A DNA stretch of 31,632 nucleotides from a virus. The stretch spans positions 1 to 31,632 of IMG/VR virus record IMGVR_UViG_3300045988_022658; one strand, written 5' to 3'. Below the pieces are notes generated by a model. The model was not told where the DNA came from and ran no database searches. It worked only from the letters and a program-made list of their open reading frames with translations. Position 1 is the first letter of the stretch. Every line of letters starts with the position of its first letter. Made by a program: the position numbers and the translations under genes. Positions 18,386-23,910 of this stretch are shown here, piece after piece.

Positions 18386-18458
18386 ACGCTGGTATTCCTA
18401 ATGTTTTTTAGGATTCCGGTTCCGAGGGTTGGGGGTTCGAGTCCCTTCTGGCGTACCA
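18386..18458 (+). tRNA. Degenerate tRNA-like sequence (the 3' part resembles tRNA-Arg CCG); probable attP core, not a functional tRNA
   Basis: T-arm GGGGG-TTCGAGT-CCCTT, acceptor 3' strand CTGGCGT, discriminator A and CCA (18431-18458). Anticodon-arm-like TAGGA-TTCCGGT-TCCGA (18409-18425). The 5' ACGCTGG can pair with the acceptor strand, but no canonical D-arm can form. Confidence 0.45.
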
Positions 18459-18464
18459 AGTGCA

Positions 18465-18520
18465 AAACCCGCTGAAATCGTTGCAACTACACGGTTTCGG
18501 CGGGTTTTCTTTTTATTTTC
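18465..18520 (+). terminator. Rho-independent terminator
   Basis: 13-bp stem AAACCCGCTGAAA / TTTCGGCGGGTTT (one G-U pair), followed by TCTTTTTATTTT. Confidence 0.7.
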
Positions 18521-18575
18521 TCCGCGTTGTTGTGGTGCAAACAATGACATTAAAATGCATTTTATGCGGTGCTTT

Positions 18576-18594
18576 TGTTGTCAAATTGTTGTCA
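18576..18594 (+). repeat. Two direct copies of TGTTGTCA (18576-18583, 18587-18594); candidate integrase arm-type sites (right arm)
   Basis: Same octamer and orientation as 18354-18373. Lies between the core and the int 3' end. Confidence 0.45.
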
Positions 18595-18610
18595 AAAAAT
18601 TTGGCGCGTA

Positions 18611-19768
18611 CTACATGGCAGTTTTAATATACTCTTGGAGCTTATCCAAAGAATTTTTCTTTTTTTCATCTCGCAGGTGGGTGTATATCCCAATCGTTGT
18701 TTCCACATCACTGTGACCAAGCAAGTGCTGGGCAGTATATACGTCCACCCCTGCCTCAAATAGGAGGGTGGCATACCCATGCCGCAGGACGTGCGCCGTC
18801 AGTGTTGGCTTGTAATGCGTCACTGTATATTTACGTTTCGCCTTGCTGATCCGGTGCTCAGTGGTAGTGGTCACAAAGCCCATGTCCTTGCAGTAATGCA
18901 GCCACCGGCGGCGATATGTCGATACCGGCATGGGCTTTGCCGGATTCTCACCAGGGAACACATAGTCTGTGTTTTTTGCCGTGCTTGGACGATGCAGCAC
19001 AGCCTCCAGCGGTTCCAAAAGTGGGAGCTGCCGTATCCCCGCTTCTGTCTTCGGGTCCTTAATCTTTGGTGCCCCAGAGTAGTAGGAGACCGATTTGCGG
19101 ACCGTAATCGTCTTGCTTTTGAAATCTATATCGCCCCATTGAATTGCCATTGCTTCGCCGTATCGCAGTCCTGTGCTCATCAAGAACAGCGCATACACTC
19201 CCCAATACGCAGTAGTTGCCTGTGCTCTGATTTGACGTACAATTTCATCCTCTGGCGCATTGCGCTTCATCGGAGGCTTTGCCCCCTTCGGCACTCTTAC
19301 ATTGTCCACAGGGTTGGTGGTGATATCTCGCGGAAGTTCCGGGCACACGATAGCGTGCCGGAATATCATCTTGTACATGATCTTCTGCTTTTGGATTGTG
19401 CTTTTGGCATAGCCCTGGAGCTTGAGCCATTCAAGGTGATTCTGCACGTCCGCAGAGGTAATAGACGCTATTGGTTCGCCCCCAAAGCGCTCCATTGCTC
19501 GTTTATAGTGAGCAGCGTAACAAGCCTTTGTGCCGTCTTCTAAGCCGTCCCACGCAGCATCATGCCAAGACTCCGCAGCTTCACCAAAGGTCAAGGGCTT
19601 CGGCTCCGCATTCTCCAGCTCCTGGATTTTGTGATAGAGTTTTTCCGGATCACGGGAGTATGCAGGCTTCCGCTTATCGCTTCCCGGCGGATAATACCAC
19701 CCCATATAACGCCCATCAGCTCGAAGGGTGTACATAGCTGCATAGTCTATTTTTTTGCTTCTGGGCAT
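18611..19768 (-). CDS. int: Tyrosine integrase
   Basis: 385 aa. HVLRHGYATLLFEAGVDVYTAQHLLGHSDVETTIGIYTHL carries the H-x-x-R ... H ... Y catalytic signature. RBS AGGTGG. Confidence 0.95.
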   Translation of the reverse strand: MPRSKKIDYAAMYTLRADGRYMGWYYPPGSDKRKPAYSRDPEKLYHKIQELENAEPKPLTFGEAAESWHDAAWDGLEDGTKACYAAHYKRAMERFGGEPIASITSADVQNHLEWLKLQGYAKSTIQKQKIMYKMIFRHAIVCPELPRDITTNPVDNVRVPKGAKPPMKRNAPEDEIVRQIRAQATTAYWGVYALFLMSTGLRYGEAMAIQWGDIDFKSKTITVRKSVSYYSGAPKIKDPKTEAGIRQLPLLEPLEAVLHRPSTAKNTDYVFPGENPAKPMPVSTYRRRWLHYCKDMGFVTTTTEHRISKAKRKYTVTHYKPTLTAHVLRHGYATLLFEAGVDVYTAQHLLGHSDVETTIGIYTHLRDEKKKNSLDKLQEYIKTAM

Positions 19769-19797
19769 AAAAAGACCACCTATCCTTTCAAAAATGG

Positions 19798-19827
19798 TTG
19801 CAAAAACCCAAGGACAGGTGGTATAAT
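19798..19827 (+). promoter_or_regulatory. Sigma-70-type promoter TTGCAA-18 nt-TATAAT with extended -10 (TGG)
   Basis: The -35 is at 19798-19803 and TGgTATAAT at 19819-19827. It points away from int. Confidence 0.5.
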
Positions 19828-19833
19828 CGTCCT

Positions 19834-19912
19834 GCGTGGGAGCAATTTGGGCACCTGCCCGGATTGTTTCTGGTTTCCCTCTGGCGGTGCGAACGCCGGA
19901 GGGAAATTTTTT
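19834..19912 (+). ncRNA. Candidate ~80-nt small RNA or terminated leader
   Basis: Lies downstream of the 19798 promoter and contains no ATG. It ends in a 13-bp hairpin TTTCCCTCTGGCG / CGCCGGAGGGAAA (19874-19886 / 19894-19906) followed by TTTTTT. Confidence 0.35.
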
Positions 19913-20140
19913 ATAAAGCCACTATATTGTGAGCTTTTTCTACACATAAAAACAGTGAGCCACCGCTTGATTATCGTGAGGTATATGTCAAAAAAGAAAA
20001 ATCGGCTACCTATTATAACAGCAAAGCCCCTTATACTAAGGTCGTTACATCGGCATTGGGCGGCGCCGCAGAAATCATCACAGCATTTAACGTAAAAAGC
20101 CTATTTGGCGGGATGATTGAAGGAGAGGAGGCAATATATA

Positions 20141-20395
20141 TTGCGAAACGTGAATCAGAAATTTAACTATGATTCTAAATACGATATTCTATATATTTTG
20201 TTCTCTGACAGTAGCAATTCCTATGGTGACGACGAAACGCCCGGAATCATCTATATGAGAGATATGGATACCGACGAATTAACCGGATATACCATCACAC
20301 ATTTCAAGAAGATGTACCATAACAAGAAACTTCCTGATCTTCCATCTTCTTTCCCATATTCCTATGATGAGCTGTACAAGAACATAATGTCATAA
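20141..20395 (+). CDS. DUF2283-like small protein (AT-rich moron)
   Basis: NYDSKYDILYILFSD...ETPGIIYMRDMDTDELTGYTITHF follows the YD-x-x-x-D-x-LYI ... G-I ... I-x-G pattern of DUF2283. The start is ambiguous (TTG 20117, TTG 20141 after AGGAGAGGAGG, or GTG 20150). Confidence 0.65.
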   Translation: MRNVNQKFNYDSKYDILYILFSDSSNSYGDDETPGIIYMRDMDTDELTGYTITHFKKMYHNKKLPDLPSSFPYSYDELYKNIMS

Positions 20396-20414
20396 TTCAT
20401 AGCCATTTCACTCC

Positions 20415-20452
20415 CCCGCTCCAGTGCGCCAACACTGGGGCGGGATTTTTTT
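20415..20452 (+). terminator. Rho-independent terminator between convergent genes
   Basis: Stem CCCGCTCCAGTG / CACTGGGGCGGG (one G-U pair) followed by ATTTTTTT. Confidence 0.7.
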
Positions 20453-20993
20453 ATTCCGTATCCTTCAACAATTTATTCAACGCCTCATTAAGCTGGCTTA
20501 GCTGTCGTATAAGTATGAAATTCTGTTCCACAATCGCGCGTTGGTAATTGACCTGAACTTTGTCTGCGGCGTTCACTGATCGGTCCCCGCCCAAAAGACT
20601 GAGCGTAACGCCCGCATCCATTAGCCCGGTTCCAGCAAGTTCCGCAGCGATACGTGCAGCAGAGGCGACATCTCGACCATTGGTGAGGCTATCAAGCCCA
20701 TATTTTCTAAGAATGGCTTTTGCCTTTTCGGCTTGTTTTCTGTCTAAGCCAAAGTACGGGTCGATATCCCTTGGGTCAACCGGCTGTGGCGCGGATGGTT
20801 TCTCGGCTTCCGTTTTTGCGATTGCACCAGAGTTAAAACGCCCTTTGCATCCCGGAGTTGTGCAGCCTTTATTTGCTTCCCAACAGCTCTTGTGCATTAC
20901 TACATGGCAATGCGGGCACATTGTCGCATCTGAATTTCGCAGTATTTTCCCCTTGCAATAGCTGCAAGGGAATTTTGTCATATCCACAAGCAT
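20451..20993 (-). CDS. Prok-RING-type zinc-finger protein with an uncharacterised helical C-terminal domain
   Basis: N-terminus CSYCKGKILRNSDATMCPHCHVVMHKSCWEANKGCTTPGC has the pattern C-x2-C ... C-P-x-C ... H-x2-C-W ... GC ... GC. RBS AAAGGAGAG. Confidence 0.7.
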   Translation of the reverse strand: MLVDMTKFPCSYCKGKILRNSDATMCPHCHVVMHKSCWEANKGCTTPGCKGRFNSGAIAKTEAEKPSAPQPVDPRDIDPYFGLDRKQAEKAKAILRKYGLDSLTNGRDVASAARIAAELAGTGLMDAGVTLSLLGGDRSVNAADKVQVNYQRAIVEQNFILIRQLSQLNEALNKLLKDTE

Positions 20994-21011
20994 TTTTGCA
21001 TCTCTCCTTTT

Positions 21012-21039
21012 ATTTTACACCTTACGGTGCAGATTACAA
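21012..21039 (-). promoter_or_regulatory. Possible internal promoter TTGTAA-16 nt-TAAAAT for the Prok-RING gene
   Basis: Minus-strand reading of 21039-21012. Lies in the 58-nt gap after immA. Confidence 0.35.
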
Positions 21040-21051
21040 TTTCGGATGATT

Positions 21052-21504
21052 TTAACAACCATCTTCCGAAGCATCCCGGAAGCTGAGCCCGCAGGGACCG
21101 GTGTAATACTCCACCGCCTGCTGGATCAGGTCTTCCGGTACTTCAAAATACTCTGCCAACTGATATAACTCGGTATATCCGTCTTCCATAGCTGCTCTCA
21201 TTTCGTCGAATGGGAGCAGCTTTTTTATTTGTGCTCTTGCCGCACGGCGTTCAGCTGCCTGTATCACGCACGGCGTTGCGCCTATGGTATAGGTTGCTCC
21301 AGTGACAATATGCGCCCATTCATGAGATGCTGCCGCGCGTTCTTTTGCCACTGTATCCAATTTATCCAAATCGAAGAATACGCCATACACCCCGTCAGCT
21401 GCCACAACGCAAGCATCGGTTTCAGCTGGAAGCCGTTTGTATTCCGCAATTAGGACGGCACCAAGGTTGTATAGGTCTTCGTAGATTTCAGCAAGCTTAA
21501 GCAT
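21052..21504 (-). CDS. ImmA/IrrE-family metallopeptidase
   Basis: HEWAH (HExxH) motif, 150 aa, 4 nt downstream of the XRE repressor gene. Confidence 0.8.
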   Translation of the reverse strand: MLKLAEIYEDLYNLGAVLIAEYKRLPAETDACVVAADGVYGVFFDLDKLDTVAKERAAASHEWAHIVTGATYTIGATPCVIQAAERRAARAQIKKLLPFDEMRAAMEDGYTELYQLAEYFEVPEDLIQQAVEYYTGPCGLSFRDASEDGC

Positions 21505-21508
21505 TAAG

Positions 21509-21835
21509 TTACTCCTGTTTTTGGTTCATCTTGCGAAGTCTCTCCGCCATATCCACAAGCAGCTGCTTGTCTTGCTCAGACAGGTCGCGTGATGCATTGT
21601 GCATGGCAAAGGTAAAAGAATCCATTTGTTCTTCGCTTCTGGGCATGTCGTTTCCGAGAATGTAATCGACTGGGACGCCAAAGAACTCCCCAAGTCGAAG
21701 CAACGTTTCGTTATCCGGCTGACGCTTACCAGTTTCATATTGAGAAATTGTGCTTTCAGCCAATTCAACAACTGCGCCGAGCTGTTTCATAGTCATACCG
21801 CGAGACTTTCTAAGTTCACGAATTCGGTTTTTCAT
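21509..21835 (-). CDS. XRE-family HTH repressor (CI/ImmR-like)
   Basis: MKNRIRELRKSRGMTMKQLGAVVELAESTISQYETGKRQP is a classic HTH_3 pattern. It is divergent from a cro-like gene. Confidence 0.85.
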   Translation of the reverse strand: MKNRIRELRKSRGMTMKQLGAVVELAESTISQYETGKRQPDNETLLRLGEFFGVPVDYILGNDMPRSEEQMDSFTFAMHNASRDLSEQDKQLLVDMAERLRKMNQKQE

Positions 21836-21860
21836 GCAGCATCTCACCTTTCACATTGCC

Positions 21861-21889
21861 ATTATACACTCGTACTTCACATTTTGCAA
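21861..21889 (-). promoter_or_regulatory. Repressor promoter TTGCAA-17 nt-TATAAT (minus strand)
   Basis: The -35 is at 21889-21884 and the -10 at 21866-21861, about 25 nt upstream of the repressor ATG. Confidence 0.6.
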
Positions 21890-21914
21890 AATGAAAAGTA
21901 AATATAACTTTTCA
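21880..21914. promoter_or_regulatory. Candidate operators: the 14-bp perfect palindrome CATTTTGCAAAATG (21880-21893) and the inverted repeat TGAAAAGT-7 nt-ACTTTTCA (21892-21914)
   Basis: Both were read directly from the sequence. The palindrome covers the -35 of the repressor promoter. Confidence 0.5.
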
Positions 21915-21931
21915 AATCGACAAGAAATAGC

Positions 21932-21960
21932 TTGACAAATCGTGAATTCAATGCTAATAT
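21932..21960 (+). promoter_or_regulatory. Early lytic promoter TTGACA-17 nt-TAATAT
   Basis: Consensus -35 at 21932-21937 and -10 at 21955-21960, 30 nt upstream of the cro-like ATG. Confidence 0.65.
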
Positions 21961-21989
21961 ACAATTCGAGAAGTTAAGAGGTGATAAAC

Positions 21990-22214
21990 ATGCGTGAATG
22001 GTTAAAAACTATGCGTACTGAGCAGGGACTGACCATGAAGGATTTGAGCAAAAGACTTGGCATTTCCGAAAGTTATTACTGTGCTATTGAAAATGGTGAG
22101 CGGCAAAAGCGGATGGACTTAATGTTGTGCCATCAGCTTTCGGTGGTTTTCGGAAAGCCAATGTCTGAAATTTCAGATGCAGAGATGCGCTATAGATCTA
22201 TGCAACCAATATAG
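21990..22214 (+). CDS. Cro-like XRE-family HTH protein
   Basis: MREWLKTMRTEQGLTMKDLSKRLGISESYYCAIENGERQ. RBS AAGAGGTG at 6-nt spacing. Confidence 0.8.
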   Translation: MREWLKTMRTEQGLTMKDLSKRLGISESYYCAIENGERQKRMDLMLCHQLSVVFGKPMSEISDAEMRYRSMQPI

Positions 22215-22260
22215 CACAAATCCTGTCCCAATAACGGTACTTTTAAGGAGGTGAAGAAGA

Positions 22261-22359
22261 ATGGTTGACATCATCAATGCCGCAGGACCTTGGGTATTTT
22301 CAATCGTACTTTTCGGCGGCTTTTATCTTGTAGTTTGGTGGATGATACGAGGCGATTGA
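22261..22359 (+). CDS. 32-aa hydrophobic peptide (MVDIINAAGPWVFSIVLFGGFYLVVWWMIRGD)
   Basis: Below the ORF-track size cutoff and found by eye. Strong SD AAGGAGGTGA lies 9 nt upstream of ATG 22261. One TM helix. Overlaps the convergent gene's 3' end by 86 nt. Confidence 0.5.
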   Translation: MVDIINAAGPWVFSIVLFGGFYLVVWWMIRGD

Positions 22360-22699
22360 GACAATAATCAAAACTTTGGTAGATTGTTGTCAATTCGGCA
22401 CCAGACCGCAATTCTTCGATAAGCACTTCGAACCCATACATTTCGGTCTCCGGGACGTATGGCATAACTAAGTAGGTCGCCGCCAGCACAGACTGGATTG
22501 CACTGGTTCGCGTGGCTGTGGCAGAGTGCAGCTTGGCAAACGATTCGGCAAATGCGTTGATTGCGTCCATGCGGCGTGTCTCGTAAAATTCGAGCTGCTT
22601 CTGCTTGAGATCGTAACCCCGTGTCAACCACGTTGTTACTACCGTGGCAATTATCGTGAGCGGCGCCGCGAATGCAGCGATGATTGATGCAATATTCAT
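22274..22699 (-). CDS. Membrane-anchored 141-aa hypothetical protein (reverse-oriented moron in the early region)
   Basis: RBS GGGAGGTGA. N-terminal TM segment IASIIAAFAAPLTIIATVVTTWL. Has its own promoter. Confidence 0.7.
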   Translation of the reverse strand: MNIASIIAAFAAPLTIIATVVTTWLTRGYDLKQKQLEFYETRRMDAINAFAESFAKLHSATATRTSAIQSVLAATYLVMPYVPETEMYGFEVLIEELRSGAELTTIYQSFDYCLNRLVSSTKLQDKSRRKVRLKIPKVLRH

Positions 22700-22721
22700 A
22701 ATTTCACCTCCCTTCGCAGCT

Positions 22722-22751
22722 AGTATAGCACCACACGGGTGGAGGTGGCAA
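22722..22751 (-). promoter_or_regulatory. Promoter TTGCCA-18 nt-TATACT with TGc extended -10 (minus strand)
   Basis: The -35 is at 22751-22746 and the -10 at 22727-22722, upstream of the 141-aa gene. Confidence 0.5.
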
Positions 22752-22783
22752 GAATGGAAACAAAATCAAAAGGAGGAATAACC

Positions 22784-22993
22784 ATGGCGAGAGAAAAAAC
22801 GGATTACCGGGACAACCTGGCACTGCTGAATGCCAGATTCCCGGATCGGGATATGCTGTCGCTCAATGACCTGTGTCCGGTGTTTGGCTATAAGGATAAG
22901 CGCTCATTGAAGGGGCGTTTGTCCCGCGCTGGAATCGCCATTGACGGCGGCAGGGTAAGCAAGGTAGCAATAGCACATCACATGTGCAATTAG
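22784..22993 (+). CDS. Small hypothetical protein (possibly DNA-binding)
   Basis: 69 aa from ATG 22784, after RBS AAAGGAGG. Confidence 0.6.
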   Translation: MAREKTDYRDNLALLNARFPDRDMLSLNDLCPVFGYKDKRSLKGRLSRAGIAIDGGRVSKVAIAHHMCN

Positions 22994-23004
22994 GAGGTAA
23001 CAAC

Positions 23005-23349
23005 ATGAGACTGGAAACCAACAAGAACCACCTGGAGCAGCGGCACAGAACTGCAATGCAGCTCACTGCAACCCACGAGGCACTGAGAGACGCCCAGAAA
23101 GCTGTACTGGCACAGGAGGACGGGTTTCTCCGGATGTGCTGGCAGAACCACCAGGAGGCTATGGAGCGGGACGCAAAGTGTGTGAGGGTTCCCACAGCCG
23201 TGGTCAAGCCCACCCGTCAGGCTAAGGCAGAACAGCCCGTAAATCTCTTACGCCGCAAGATGGAAGCCTTTTTGAGCGGTATGAGCGTCGGTGCCGCTGT
23301 GGCGCTGCTGATTGTCTGGCTTCTGCTTCTGGCGGCTGGCGTGATTTAA
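23005..23349 (+). CDS. Hypothetical protein with a C-terminal TM helix
   Basis: 114 aa, RBS AGGAGG. C-terminal text GMSVGAAVALLIVWLLLLAAGVI. Confidence 0.6.
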   Translation: MRLETNKNHLEQRHRTAMQLTATHEALRDAQKAVLAQEDGFLRMCWQNHQEAMERDAKCVRVPTAVVKPTRQAKAEQPVNLLRRKMEAFLSGMSVGAAVALLIVWLLLLAAGVI

Positions 23350-23417
23350 AAAATGCCGTCTCAGGGGCGCAACCCAGAGACGGCAAATGCAGGGGTAAAA
23401 GCATAAGTTTACGAAAC
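23348..23417 (-). ncRNA. Candidate ~70-nt antisense small RNA (OOP-like)
   Basis: Lies downstream of the minus-strand promoter at 23452-23424. It ends in the hairpin UGCCGUCUC...GAGACGGCA followed by UUUUUU (plus-strand coordinates 23385-23348). There is no RBS or ORF. Confidence 0.5.
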
Positions 23418-23423
23418 ATTTAT

Positions 23424-23452
23424 ATTGTAGCTTTTACCCCTTATTTTGTCAA
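23424..23452 (-). promoter_or_regulatory. Near-consensus promoter TTGACA-17 nt-TACAAT (minus strand)
   Basis: The -35 is at 23452-23447 and the -10 at 23429-23424. Confidence 0.6.
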
Positions 23453-23467
23453 TAAGGAGAGGATAAA

Positions 23468-23683
23468 ATGTCGAGATATTATTCGGATGATCCAATTGCG
23501 GATTTCGACCGCTGGGATCGGGATCAGCAAAAATTGCTGGACAAGCTCCCGAGATGCTACGCCTGCGAGGAGCCTATCCAGGATGATGTCTGCTACTGCT
23601 TCAACGGGCACAAGTACTGCCTGGACTGCAAGGATGCAGCCGCAGATGATATCCTACCCGAGTTTCTGGAGGCGACGGTATGA
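23468..23683 (+). CDS. Small Cys-rich (zinc-ribbon-like) protein
   Basis: 71 aa, RBS AAGGAGAGG. Contains CYACEEPIQDDVCYCFNGHKYCLDC. Confidence 0.65.
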   Translation: MSRYYSDDPIADFDRWDRDQQKLLDKLPRCYACEEPIQDDVCYCFNGHKYCLDCKDAAADDILPEFLEATV

Positions 23684-23910
23684 TCCAGAGCGGCGTGCAA
23701 GGCTATGTTACCGGCACGGCGACGGTCACAGTCAACTTTCCGATTGACCTACATGGCAATCTGGATATCAACTGCCGTCAATGCTGGTACTTCCGGCGGA
23801 CTTATTCCACCTGCGGCCTTAATGGCCAGGTATGCGAGTACCCGGACAAGTACATTGGGTCTCGGTGCCCGTTAAAATTCGGAGAGGAGGACGACGATGG
23901 GAGTCTATGA
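23680..23910 (+). CDS. Small Cys-rich hypothetical protein
   Basis: 76 aa, ATGA coupling. Contains CRQCWYF...CGLNGQVCEYP...CP. Confidence 0.6.
   Translation: MIQSGVQGYVTGTATVTVNFPIDLHGNLDINCRQCWYFRRTYSTCGLNGQVCEYPDKYIGSRCPLKFGEEDDDGSL

Noticed and set aside
18386-18458. Calling this a functional tRNA gene
   Set aside because: Only the anticodon arm (with one mismatch), T-arm and acceptor/CCA are tRNA-like. The 13-14 nt where the D-arm should be cannot pair and lack the conserved GG. It is better explained as an attP core derived from a host tRNA 3' end.
18779-20095. Plus-strand ORFs 18779-19543 and 19562-20095 opposite int, including a 36-aa basic tail peptide (19986-20095) considered as a possible DUF4258-like partner for the DUF2283 gene
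   Set aside because: They overlap the integrase gene in antisense. The peptide has only 3-nt SD spacing and no toxin-like features.
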